Counted from the stretch's first letter, positions 19,577-29,953 are shown. The stretch is 64,000 nt of DNA from an uncultured Gemmatimonadales bacterium (GCA_963695555.1 CAVOGR010000001.1:704001-768000); one strand, 5' to 3'. Notes: generated by a model from the letters alone, not told the origin. Numbers and translations are program-made.

Positions 19577-20659
19577 TTGAGAAGATATCCCACACGCGTG
19601 CGGCAGGCCGCACACGCCACCTTTGCGCTATGCATTGCCGCCTGCACCGAACCCCCCGCCATCACCCCTGAGATCATCATCTCCTCGGTCGACACGCTAG
19701 TTCGTATGGAGACGGAGCTTTTCGACCGGGCGTCCGAGGTCACGCTGGGGTCGGATGGCCTTCTGTTCGTCACTGATGTCGGCGCGTCGCGCATCTTCGT
19801 GTTCGATACTACGGGGCAGCCGGTGCGTGAGATCGGGCGGGTCGGCGCGGGGCCGGAGGAGTTCCAAGTGCCTCGGTCGCTTACGCCGATCGGAGACACG
19901 TTGTTCATCGTGGACGGCATGAACGGTCGGCTCCAGCTGGTGACGTCGGCCGGCGTGTTCCTCGGCACGTCTCTCCTGCCGCCCATCACCTTTAGTGGAG
20001 CCGTGGCCCTGGCTTCGAGAGACGGCGGCAGGCCTCACATGCTGGTCAGCACCGGCGGTCACGACAGCTCGCTCGCGGTGCTACTTGATCCGGCCGGTAC
20101 GGAAGTGCGTCGCTTGGGTCAGCCTCCAGCCGCAGTGCCGGAAATGACCGACTTCGTCGCGGTGAAGCGGGAGATTGCAGACGGGAAGGTGCCCGCCATG
20201 TTCCGCTCGATCGTTGTGCCGGCCCTCGCGTCCGACCTGAGCGCCTGGTTGGTCTTGGCGGGAGAAGGTGAGGTACAGCGGTACAGCAGCACGGGCGAGC
20301 TCCTCTGGACCGCACCGATTGAAGATCCCGGGTTCGAGTTGATCAAGGACCGCTTCTTCGAGCAGAACCGCGCCGACCCCGACCCCAGCCGTCTCTATTC
20401 GCTCAGCTATGTGACCGCAGCTCGGCAGCAGGGCCAGAACCTCTGGCTCCTGTTGCGGATGCCGGAGGACGAGGGCGCGCGATTGATTGTTCTCGGCCCG
20501 GACGGCTCGATCCGCTCTCGTATCCAGGTGCCTGGGGCCATCGGCGTCCGGTCGTTCGACGTCGATCCCCAGAGCCGGTCACTCTACCTGATGGCGTACT
20601 ACGACGGTACGCTCCTCCGCGCCCGGCTTCCCGGGGAGGGAGGAAGGAGTGAGGAGTAA
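19577..20659 (+). CDS. 6-bladed beta-propeller (NHL-like) lipoprotein; start uncertain
   Basis: CIAAC lipobox; IGRVGAGPEEFQVP NHL-type motif. Confidence 0.8.
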   Translation: MRRYPTRVRQAAHATFALCIAACTEPPAITPEIIISSVDTLVRMETELFDRASEVTLGSDGLLFVTDVGASRIFVFDTTGQPVREIGRVGAGPEEFQVPRSLTPIGDTLFIVDGMNGRLQLVTSAGVFLGTSLLPPITFSGAVALASRDGGRPHMLVSTGGHDSSLAVLLDPAGTEVRRLGQPPAAVPEMTDFVAVKREIADGKVPAMFRSIVVPALASDLSAWLVLAGEGEVQRYSSTGELLWTAPIEDPGFELIKDRFFEQNRADPDPSRLYSLSYVTAARQQGQNLWLLLRMPEDEGARLIVLGPDGSIRSRIQVPGAIGVRSFDVDPQSRSLYLMAYYDGTLLRARLPGEGGRSEE

Positions 20660-20824
20660 GGAGTGAAGAGTGAGAGGGACCGATAGCCGTTAGCTGATAG
20701 CCGATAGCCTCCCTTCTCCGATCACACCAATCGCAATTCGGCCGGCTCCACCCTTGACCCAGCGCCTCGGTCGCTGCATTACCAATCACAATCTCAATTT
20801 CATGGGTTCGCCGAGGGGGTCCGC

Positions 20825-22089
20825 GTGAAGTTCCCGTCCATGTTCGCCGTTCTCGCCCTTGTTCTCTTCTCCTTCTCATCTCCGACCATCGTCAACGCAC
20901 AGTCTTCCGCCTGCCGCGACTGTCACGGGCAGGGCACGCCCGGCATCGTAGCCGATTGGGAGGCCAGCAAGCACGGCGCCCGCGGCGTCGATTGTGCCGT
21001 CTGTCACGGCAGCGAGCACAATTCGGCCGAGACGGTCGCGTTGGCCAAGATCCCCACCCCGGAGACTTGTGCCATCTGTCACGCCGATCGGGTCGCACAG
21101 TTCAAGAGCGGCAAGCATGCTGCCGCCTGGGCCGCCTTGAACGCGATGCCCACCACCCACTGGCAGCCGATGGCGCTGATGCGAGGGCATGAAGGGATGC
21201 GGCGGGTGCCACAAGATCGGGACTGAAGACCGAGGCGAGATCCGACGCTCAAGGAAGAGGGCGGTGGATTCGGGGTGGCCTCGTGCGACGCCTGCCACAC
21301 CCGGCAACTCTTCTCGGTGAAGGAAGCCAGGCAGCCCCAGGCCTGCCAGACCTGTCACATGGGCTTCGACCACCCGCAGTGGGAGATGTACTCGGGCTCG
21401 AAGCACGGGGTACGTGCTCTGCTCAAGCAGATCGGCATCCTGCCCGAGACGGCCGCCGCTCCGACCTGCCAGACATGCCACATGCAGGAGGGGAACCACG
21501 AGGTCCGGACCGCGTGGGGGTTCCTGGCCGTGCGGCTCCCCATGCCCGACGACCAGCAGTGGGCCGCCGACCGCGCCACCATTCTCCAAGGCGCTGGGCG
21601 TGCTCGATCCCGACGGCAACCCGACCGCGCGGCTCGACGTGGTGAAGGCGGCCGACGTGGCTCGGCTGACCCAGGAGGACTGGCAGCGGCGAGCGCGACA
21701 AGATGCTCGCCACCTGCGGCCAGTGCCACTCGGCCAACTTCGCCAAGGGCGAGCTGGACAAGGGCGACGACATGATCCGCGAGGCCGACCGTCTGATGGC
21801 CGAGGCGATCCGGATCGTAGCCGGGCTCTACAAGGATGGCCTACTCGAGAAGCCCGAGGCCTACGCCTACGCCTTCCCCGATCTCCTGACCTTCCACGAC
21901 GCGGCGACCACGATCGAGCAGAAGCTGTTCGTGATGTTTCTCGAGCACCGCATGCGCACGTTCCAAGGCACGTTCCACGCGAGTCCCGACTACGCGCTCT
22001 GGTACGGCTGGAGCGAGATGGTGCGCGACCTGACGGAGATCAAGGAGCTGGCGGAGGAGATGCGGGAGACGTGGGGAGTGAGGGAGTAA
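20825..22089 (+). CDS. Octaheme HAO-family cytochrome c, copy 1; several frameshifts (~21180-21240, ~21590, ~21690)
   Basis: Fragments in ORFs 20825, 21275, 21414 and 21703 are colinear with intact copy 2. Confidence 0.88.
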
Positions 22090-22155
22090 GGAGTGAGGAG
22101 GACCAATAGCCAATTGCCAATAGCAGGGTGGTGGGTTGGAGGGGCCCGCACGGCC

Positions 22156-22223
22156 CCCGTCGCTTTAGCGACAGCAGCCGAGTCTCGACCGGAGGAAGTC
22201 CTTTAGGGCGGCTTTAGCCGAGG
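22156..22223. repeat. GCTTTAGC hairpin cluster, repeated at 25990-26035
   Basis: CCCCGTCGCTTTAGCGACAGCAGCCGAGTCTCG...GGCTTTAGCCGAGG in both places. Confidence 0.8.
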
Positions 22224-22272
22224 GCTCCCGATGCCGAATCCTCTCAAGAGCGATGCCGGGGTGTCACGAGCA

Positions 22273-22287
22273 CTAGGGTTTTCCCTA
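22273..22287. promoter_or_regulatory. Fourth CTAGGGTTTTCCCTA site
   Basis: Read directly; about 120 bp upstream of ORF 22410. Confidence 0.55.
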
Positions 22288-22409
22288 CTGCTGCAAGTCA
22301 AGGAGAGACAGCGCACGGCGAAAGCACTAACACCGAGAGTTTCTTCGCCTTCCTTTCACGGGTCCTTCATGAGCCCGATGGAATTCTGGCCTGAACCGAA
22401 CCCACTCGT

Positions 22410-22931
22410 ATGCAGCCACTTCCTGATCCTCCTCGCACCACCCGGTCCACCTTCGGCCGCGATCTCGCCCTCCTTCTCGGCATACCGGGCCTGCTGTTTG
22501 TCGCCCTGCTCTGGTGGTTGCAGCCCTGGCGGGGCTATGAGGTGTGGGAATCGGCCACTATCTTCGACCGCGTCGCCGGCAGTTGGGATTGGGAGCTTGC
22601 CGAGGATCAATGCGCGCATCCTCATATGATCACCTTCTCCCTCGATAGTTCGGTCATGATTCTCACCCATGCGTACCCCTGGATCGACTCCGCGGGGCAG
22701 GAGCACGCTGTCACCGAGTATGACATTCAGCAGTACAATCAATACATGATTCGGGTAGTAGTCCGAGGCGAAACACGACGCACTGATAGCGGTGAACCCG
22801 TCGCCCAAGATCTGGTTCTGTTCTCAGGTGATACCTACCGTTGGCACGATTCCCACCGGCCGCCGACCTCCGGATACACCGGACTGGCTGTGCGGTGCAG
22901 CGACGGCAAGAGAGTGATGCGGAGTGATTGA
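22410..22931 (+). CDS. Hypothetical membrane-anchored protein
   Basis: One N-terminal TM helix and a beta-rich domain with two Cys. Confidence 0.65.
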   Translation: MQPLPDPPRTTRSTFGRDLALLLGIPGLLFVALLWWLQPWRGYEVWESATIFDRVAGSWDWELAEDQCAHPHMITFSLDSSVMILTHAYPWIDSAGQEHAVTEYDIQQYNQYMIRVVVRGETRRTDSGEPVAQDLVLFSGDTYRWHDSHRPPTSGYTGLAVRCSDGKRVMRSD

Positions 22932-23187
22932 AAGGATAGGGAGTAGGGAGTATTGGTATGGTAAGGAGGGAGGGGCTGGGGCGGCAGGTAACCGTCGCTT
23001 CGAGGCCAGGCGGACGAGATCCTAGGGCGCTCCACGCCCTCGGGATGACAATCTCTTTCGGCGCCCAACCGCTCACCCCCGTGCAACCCTTGGACGCCCT
23101 ACTGCATCTAAGGACGAATCGTGTCCGCTCAGGAGCCGCTTGGCCGGGTCCTGGCAGACTTCCCATGCCGTCTCCCAAGGTGCCACC

Positions 23188-24539
23188 ATGAGCCGCGACT
23201 CCGCCCGTTCTCCCGCCTTCACGAAGACCCCTCGTCTTGGTGCGGGTCTCGTTCTTTCGCTGGTCTTCCTCGTCTCTGGTGCCGCGACCGCCGCGGCACA
23301 GGGTAACCCTGTCGCTGGACACTGGGAGGGCGCCCTGCGCTATCGGGGGGCGGACATGCCGATCCGCTTCCACGTGGAGTCCTCGGGTGATTCGCTGGTC
23401 GCAACGCTCGACATTCCGAGCCTGGTCATGGCGTGGGAGCCCGTGCCTACGACGCCTACGCGCTATGGCGTCTTGGTAGAGTTTCCCTTCGGTTTGGGCG
23501 CCCTGTCGGTTGAGCCCAAGGGCGATCGAGTGCGTGCCGAGAAGCAATTAGACGACGAAACGCTGGCCCTCGATCTCTGGCGGGCTCAGTCGCCGCCGTC
23601 CACGCGGGAGGAGGTCGTGTTTCGGAGCGGCGAGGTGAGTCTTGTCGGCACGCTCGTGGTCCCCAACGGTAAGGGGCCGCATCCTGCGGTCGTGCTAGTC
23701 CATGGGTCCGGGCGCCAGGGTCAAAGCAACTGGGCGTATCGCTCGTGGGCCGACCTGTTCGTCCGGCAGGGACTTGCCGTGCTGTACTACGATAAGCGTG
23801 GTATCGGTGCCTCGGGAGGCGAATACGGTGCGGGTCTAAGCCGACTCACCGAGGACGTCGTCGCCGCAGTCGAGTTCCTCAAGGCGCGGTCGGAGGTGGA
23901 TCCCAGTCGCATCGGGCTCAAGGGATCGAGTCAGGGCGCATGGATCTCGGAAGCCGCGGCCTCCGAGATCGGCGACGTTGCATTCTTGCTCCTCGTCTCG
24001 GCTGCGGCCAGCACGCCCAGGGACCAGGAGCTGCAGAAGATCGAGTATGGGATGCGCGACGATGGCAAGAGTGAAGATCAGATCGAAAACGCGCTCGCCT
24101 ATGCGGGGCTCTACTTCTACGTAGCTCGGACAGGCGAGGGGTGGCCGTTGCTCCAAGAGGCCGTCGAGCGAGCCCAGGCCGAGGACTGGGGCCAGTACGT
24201 GGATCAACCCCGCTCCGAAGCAGATCTCGCGTGGTGGCGCGAGAACCACGCGTTCCAACCGGCGGAGGTGGTGAGGGGCTCGACCTCCCGGTCTTGTTGC
24301 TCTACGGCGCCGCCGATTGGATCACACCGCCGGTGGAAAACGCGGACAAACTTCGGAACCTGTTCCCATCACCCGAACGAGTCGAGATCCATGCCTATCC
24401 CGGGGCCGATCATCGGCTGGAAGTCGGCGCGGGGCAGGATGCGGCAGGCAATTGGCACTGGCCCTCGATCGCTCCTGGGATGCGAGAGACGGTTGGCACG
24501 TGGCTCGAGAAGCATGTAGCTGTAAGGAGTGAGGAGTAA
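23188..24539 (+). CDS. Secreted alpha/beta hydrolase (S9/S15-like); frameshift near 24278
   Basis: Signal peptide, VHGSG, YDKRGIG, GSSQG nucleophile; C-terminal LYGAAD...YPGADH in ORF 24141. Confidence 0.88.
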
Positions 24540-24678
24540 GGAGTAAGGAGTAAGGAGGACCGATAGCTGATAGCCGATAGCCGATAGCTTGTTTCCGCCT
24601 TCCCCCCTCTTCCCGCCATCCCGCCTGGCCTTACATTATCAACCACAATCTCATTCATGGCTCGTCGAGGGGGTCCGC

Positions 24679-25926
24679 GTGAAGTTCCTGTCCGGGGTGG
24701 CCGTCTTCGCCTTCGTCTTCCTTTCCATTCCAACAGATTCCCACGCTCAGTCCTCGGTCTGCCGCGACTGTCACGGGCAGGGTACGCCCGGCATCGTGGC
24801 CGATTGGGAGGCCAGCAAGCACGGCACCCGCGGCGTCGATTGTGCCGTCTGTCACGGCAGCGAGCACAATTCGGCCGAGACGGTCGCGTTGGCCAAGATC
24901 CCCACCCCGGAGACTTGCGCCCTCTGTCACACCGATCGGGTTGCACAGTTCAAGCGTGGCAAACATGCTGCCGCGTGGGCCGCCTTGAACGCGATGCCCA
25001 CCACCCACTGGATGCCCATGGCGCTGAGCCAAGGGATGAAGGGCTGCGGCGGGTGCCACAAGATCGGGACGAAGACCGAGGCAGAAATCGCGACGCTCAA
25101 AGAAGAGGGCGGTGGATTCGGGGTGGCCTCGTGCGATGCCTGCCACACCCGGCATCTATTCTCGGTGAAGGAAGCCAGGCAGCCCCAGGCCTGCCAGACC
25201 TGTCACATGGGCTTCGATCACCCACAGTGGGAGATGTACTCGGGCTCGAAGCACGGGGTACGTGCTCTCCTCAAGCAGATTGGCATCCTGCCCGAGACGG
25301 CCGCAGCTCCCACCTGCCAGACATGCCACATGCAGGAGGGGAACCACGAGGTCCGGACCGCGTGGGGGTTCCTGGCCGTGCGGCTCCCCATGCCCGACGA
25401 CCCAGAGTGGGCCGCCGACCGCGCCACCATTCTCCAAGGGCTGGGCGTGCTCGATCCCGACGGCAACCCCACCGCTCGGCTCGACGTGGTGAAGGCGGCC
25501 GACGTGGCTCGGCTCACCCAGGAGGACTGGCAGCGGGAGCGCGACAAGATGCTCGCCACCTGTGGCCAATGCCACTCAGCCAACTTCGCCAAGGGCGAGC
25601 TGGACAAGGGCGACGACATGATCCGCCAGGCCGACCGGCTGATGGCCGAGGCGATCCGGATCGTAGCCGGGCTCTATAAGGATGGCCTACTCGAGAAGCC
25701 CGAGGCCTACGCCTACGCCTTCCCCGATCTCCTGACCTTCCACGACGCGGCTACCACGATTGAGCAGAAGCTGTTCGTGATGTTTCTCGAGCACCGCATG
25801 CGCACGTTCCAAGGCACGTTCCACGCGAGTCCCGACTACGCGCTCTGGTACGGCTGGAGCGAGATGGTGCGCGACCTGACGGAGATCAAGGAGCTGGCGG
25901 AGGAGATGCGGGAGACGGACGAGTAG
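24679..25926 (+). CDS. Octaheme HAO-family cytochrome c, copy 2 (intact)
   Basis: Signal peptide; 8 CxxCH (CRDCH, CAVCH, CALCH, CGGCH, CDACH, CQTCH x2, CGQCH); CHTRH-FS-EARQP-AC--CHMGFDHPQWEMY--SKHG HAO-type core. Confidence 0.92.
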   Translation: MKFLSGVAVFAFVFLSIPTDSHAQSSVCRDCHGQGTPGIVADWEASKHGTRGVDCAVCHGSEHNSAETVALAKIPTPETCALCHTDRVAQFKRGKHAAAWAALNAMPTTHWMPMALSQGMKGCGGCHKIGTKTEAEIATLKEEGGGFGVASCDACHTRHLFSVKEARQPQACQTCHMGFDHPQWEMYSGSKHGVRALLKQIGILPETAAAPTCQTCHMQEGNHEVRTAWGFLAVRLPMPDDPEWAADRATILQGLGVLDPDGNPTARLDVVKAADVARLTQEDWQRERDKMLATCGQCHSANFAKGELDKGDDMIRQADRLMAEAIRIVAGLYKDGLLEKPEAYAYAFPDLLTFHDAATTIEQKLFVMFLEHRMRTFQGTFHASPDYALWYGWSEMVRDLTEIKELAEEMRETDE

Positions 25927-26231
25927 GGAGTGAGGAGTGAGGAGTAAGGAGTGAGGAGGAGGTAGTGAGTAGGAGGTAGGTCAGTAGGTCCCCGTCGCTT
26001 TAGCGACAGCAGCCGAGTCTCGGCTTTAGCCGAGGATCGGTGAGGAGTGAGGGACGAGGCGGGAAGGTGGTAGGAGGGAAAGACGGAAAGTGGAGTACTA
26101 GCAAGCTTCTGGACCGCCTTCCCGCCTTCCCGCCCTTTCTTTCAGCCCAACTTCATCGGCGTTTCACGCTCCTTGCGATAGCGTCTGCTCTGGGCAGATG
26201 AACCGCCTCCAGCGGTTCGAATAGACCGGAG

Positions 26232-27158
26232 TTGATGATGATACTCAAGAAACGTGGACTCATTGCCTTTACAGTAATCGTCCCTCTCTTCACTCCTGCA
26301 CTCCGCGCCCAGGAGCCCTACCCGATACGACGGCTCACGAACCATGTGGCACAAGAGGGATTCCCCTCCTGGTCGCCCGACGGACAAACCCTCGTGTACT
26401 CGATGGGCATGCGGGACGATACGCTCGGCATCACCGGTCTCTGGATGATTCCGGTAGCAGGAGGTAAGCCTCGGCAGCTCACCAGCTACATCGGGGAGCA
26501 TCCCGACTGGTCGCCCGATGGGAATCACATCGTGTTCGATGCCGACACAGGAAACAGCGTCAAGCTGGTGGCCGCCACCGGAGGGCACGCCATCCGAGTT
26601 GTCCCTGCGTCAATCCCCATCTGGCGGGGCGGGAACCCCAACTGGTCTCCCGACGGCTCGCGCATCGCGTTTCGGGAGGGGTCGAACCTCTGGGTCTTGG
26701 ACGTCCGAACAGGAGAGGCAAACGTCGTCTTCAGCCAAGAAGGCACGCTTCCCCTTCCAGGTTGCTGGTCGCTGGACGGCGAGGAGATTTACGTGTACTT
26801 GCGCGCGGCGGAGTCGCAGGAATCCTCCATCTGGGCCGTATCGGTAGCCGGTGACGAGCGCAGACAACTCGCCTCCGACTCGAGCCACGTCTACCGCTAC
26901 ATGGACCTCTCGCCCGACGGGTCGATGCTCGCCTTCGCCTCGTTCAAGAACGAGAACCTCGACCTGTGGATCATGCCCGCGGAAGGCGGAACGCCGATTC
27001 GACTCACGACGCATCCGGCGCACGACGGTACCCCCCGATGGTCACCGGACGGGACCAAGATCGCCTTCACCAGCACGAGGACCGACAACTTCGACGTGTG
27101 GGTCATGGAGTTGGATCTCGAGCGGGTACGCCGGGAGCTGAGGGAGGCGAATCAATGA
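26232..27158 (+). CDS. TolB-like PD40 beta-propeller protein
   Basis: Signal peptide; repeated P-x-WSPDG. Confidence 0.88.
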   Translation: MMMILKKRGLIAFTVIVPLFTPALRAQEPYPIRRLTNHVAQEGFPSWSPDGQTLVYSMGMRDDTLGITGLWMIPVAGGKPRQLTSYIGEHPDWSPDGNHIVFDADTGNSVKLVAATGGHAIRVVPASIPIWRGGNPNWSPDGSRIAFREGSNLWVLDVRTGEANVVFSQEGTLPLPGCWSLDGEEIYVYLRAAESQESSIWAVSVAGDERRQLASDSSHVYRYMDLSPDGSMLAFASFKNENLDLWIMPAEGGTPIRLTTHPAHDGTPRWSPDGTKIAFTSTRTDNFDVWVMELDLERVRRELREANQ

Positions 27159-27258
27159 AGGGCCACTCGCTGTCTGCTATCGGCCATCGGCTAACAGCGA
27201 TATCCTTTTTGTCTCGCCGTTAGCCGTTAGCGCATGGCCGCTGATCATCAAAACGAGG

Positions 27259-29280
27259 ATGTGGGACATGATTCGAAACCGAGTACGCACTCGACGTACC
27301 GCCTTAGCCCTGCTGGCGCTCATAGCGCTTGCCGCTCCGACAACGCTCCTGGCCCAGGCGATTACGCCGGAGCAGATCGTCTCCTTGGAGCAGGTGGGCA
27401 CGGTGGCCCTGAGCCCCGACGGGAACCAGATCGCCTACACGCTGACCAAGCCGCGCACCGCGGACGAGGAGTTCGGCCGCTCCCGAAGCGAGCTCTGGAT
27501 CGTCCCGGCCACGGGCGGCACGCCGCGCGCGATCGTGACCGCCCCCCAGAGCGCGGGCGGGCCCGAGTGGTCGCCTGACGGGGCGATGCTCACGTTCACG
27601 GCCCGGCTCGACGAGAACGGGAAGACGCAGGTCTACGGCGTTCCCGCCGAGGGCGGTGAGCCGCGGCAGCTTACCCACTCGGCGCTCGGCGTCATGGGGT
27701 TTGACTGGGCGCCCGACGGTCGTTCCATCGCCTTCACCGCCCTGGAGCCGGAATCGAAGGAGGCCATCGCCCGGCGGAAACAGGGCGACGACGTCCAAGT
27801 GGCCGGCGAAGGCGACCGGTACGTGCGGCTCTGGATCGAAGACCTGGCATCGGGAGAACCTCGGGTGGTGACCCCGGCGGACAAGATGGTGCGGAGCTTC
27901 GCGTGGATGCCGGATGCGAAGGGCTTGGCCCTCCAGCTCACCCAGACCACCGACATCGACGCTGGCTACATGTGGCGCCAGATCTTCGTGACCAGTGCCA
28001 CGGGTGGTGACCTCAGGCAACTGACCGAAACCAAGGGCAAGCTCGGTGACATGGCTTGGTCGCCCGACGGCGAGAAGATGGCTTTCATCGGCGCCGTGTC
28101 GCTCAACGATCCGCTGGCCCAGAGTGTCTTCGTGGTGCCGAAGAGCGGTGGCGCTCCGGTCAATCTCACACCCAATCTCGAAGCCTCCGCCCAATCACTC
28201 GGCTGGCTGAACGGCAACACGATCTATTTCACCGCCGCGACGGGGACGAAGCAGACCCTGTTCTCGTTGCCGGCAGGTGGCGGGACACCAACCACCATGG
28301 CCGGAGGCGGCGCCGAAATCATGGGAAGCGTGAGCTTCGATTCCCGGATGCGCCGCTTCGCAACCTCGGTCCAGACCGCCCAACACCCCGATGATGTGTA
28401 CCTTGGTGACGTACGGAACGGACGGCTCAATCGGGTCACGACGCATAACGAGTGGCTCGCTCGAGTGGAGTTGGCCCCCCAGGAGACCATCACCTGGAAG
28501 GGCGCCGACGGATGGGACATCGAAGGTGTCTTGGTGCGGCCGTTGAACAAGGTTCCGGGTGCCCGATACCCCCTGGCGATTCTTCCGCACGGCGGCCCCG
28601 AAGGGATCAGCTACGACGGGTGGACCACGCGGGGGCTCTATCCGGCGCAGTACCTCGCCGCCAACGGATACGCGGTGCTCATGCCCAACTACCGCGGCTC
28701 GGGCGGACGCGGGGTCGCGTTCTCCAAGGCCGACCATCGTGACCTGGGCGGCAAGGAATTCAAGGATGTGATTGCCGGGATCGATCATCTGGCTGCGGAG
28801 GGCCTGGTCGATCCGGATCGGGTGGGGATCAGTGGCACGTCCTACGGCGGATATTTCTCCGCCTGGGCCGGCACGAAATACACCGACCGCTTCAAGGCGG
28901 CGATCACCTTTGCCGGCATCTCCAACTGGGCGTCCTTCACCGGGACCACCGATATCCCCTACGAGATGTCGATGGTGCACTGGGATACCTGGTGGTTCGA
29001 CGATCCCGGCTTGGCCTGGGACCGCTCGCCCTTGGCTCACATCAATGGGACCAAGACGGCAATCCTGGTGGGCCACGGGCTGGCCGATTCCCGGGTGCAT
29101 CCGGAGCAGTCGATCGAGATGTACACGGCACTCCGGATCAAGGGCGTGCCCACCGGGCTCCTGCTCTATCCCCGTGAACCTCATGGGCTGCTCGAGCGGG
29201 CCCACCAGCTCGACTTCATGCGGCGCATGCTCCAGTGGTTCGACCAGCACGTGAAGGGAGGGGTGACGGCGACGTCATAG
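27259..29280 (+). CDS. S9 family peptidase (acylaminoacyl/dipeptidyl peptidase)
   Basis: Propeller plus PHGGP, PNYRGS, GTSYGG, DSRV, EPHG. Confidence 0.93.
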   Translation: MWDMIRNRVRTRRTALALLALIALAAPTTLLAQAITPEQIVSLEQVGTVALSPDGNQIAYTLTKPRTADEEFGRSRSELWIVPATGGTPRAIVTAPQSAGGPEWSPDGAMLTFTARLDENGKTQVYGVPAEGGEPRQLTHSALGVMGFDWAPDGRSIAFTALEPESKEAIARRKQGDDVQVAGEGDRYVRLWIEDLASGEPRVVTPADKMVRSFAWMPDAKGLALQLTQTTDIDAGYMWRQIFVTSATGGDLRQLTETKGKLGDMAWSPDGEKMAFIGAVSLNDPLAQSVFVVPKSGGAPVNLTPNLEASAQSLGWLNGNTIYFTAATGTKQTLFSLPAGGGTPTTMAGGGAEIMGSVSFDSRMRRFATSVQTAQHPDDVYLGDVRNGRLNRVTTHNEWLARVELAPQETITWKGADGWDIEGVLVRPLNKVPGARYPLAILPHGGPEGISYDGWTTRGLYPAQYLAANGYAVLMPNYRGSGGRGVAFSKADHRDLGGKEFKDVIAGIDHLAAEGLVDPDRVGISGTSYGGYFSAWAGTKYTDRFKAAITFAGISNWASFTGTTDIPYEMSMVHWDTWWFDDPGLAWDRSPLAHINGTKTAILVGHGLADSRVHPEQSIEMYTALRIKGVPTGLLLYPREPHGLLERAHQLDFMRRMLQWFDQHVKGGVTATS

Positions 29281-29389
29281 ACGGGAAGGCGGCCAGAAAG
29301 GAAGGCGGGAAGGTGCCGATCAGCTAGCTTCTGGTCCGCCTTTCCGCCTTTCCGCCTTTCCGCCTTTCCGCCTTTCCGCCTTTCCGCCT
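29281..29389. repeat. (TTTCCGCC)6 octamer array with upstream complementary GAAGGCGG units; related element at ~26050-26140
   Basis: Read directly; both loci share AGCTTCTGG-x-CCGCCTT. Confidence 0.85.
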
Positions 29390-29425
29390 ACTCTCCAACT
29401 TCCTCCGGTCCTACATTCCTACCCC

Positions 29426-29953
29426 ATGCCCGACAGCCTGCGCAGCATCCTCCTCGGCCTCATTCCGCTCCAGATCATATTGCTGGTGGCACTCGGCCTC
29501 ACGCTCGTGCGACGCCCTCGCACCGACTCGGCTGCGCGCGATCGGCTGATCTCGCTCTTCCTGATCGGGGTCGCGGCCCAATCACTCCACTTTATCGAGG
29601 AGTTCGTCACCGGCTTTCACTGCCGGTGGCCCGAGCTGTTGGGCTTGAGCCCCTGGTCGGCCGAGTTCTTCGTCAGCTTCAACGTGAGCTGGATCGCCGT
29701 GTGGGCGCTCTCGGCTGCCGGCCTTCGGGCCGGCGTCCGAGCCGCGCTCTTCCCGACCTGGTTCTTCGCCATTGGCATGACCGCAAACCTCGTGGCCCAT
29801 CCGCTGCTGGCGCTCAACGCGGGCGGCTACTTCCCGGGGCTCTGGACGTCTCCGGTAGTCGGGGTGATCGGGGTGATGATGCTCGGCCGCCTGGCGGGGT
29901 ACACAATGGGAGGGCATCTTGACCCTATCGGAGTCGTGCCTTCCGATTCGTGA
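29426..29953 (+). CDS. HXXEE-domain membrane protein
   Basis: LHFIEE, N-x-x-x-H, GYFPGLWT; multi-TM. Confidence 0.8.
   Translation: MPDSLRSILLGLIPLQIILLVALGLTLVRRPRTDSAARDRLISLFLIGVAAQSLHFIEEFVTGFHCRWPELLGLSPWSAEFFVSFNVSWIAVWALSAAGLRAGVRAALFPTWFFAIGMTANLVAHPLLALNAGGYFPGLWTSPVVGVIGVMMLGRLAGYTMGGHLDPIGVVPSDS

Noticed and set aside
20825..25926. Diversity-generating retroelement (TR/VR pair) or evidence of nitrification
   Set aside because: No reverse transcriptase, differences between copies are not adenine-specific, and there are no amo or cycAB genes.
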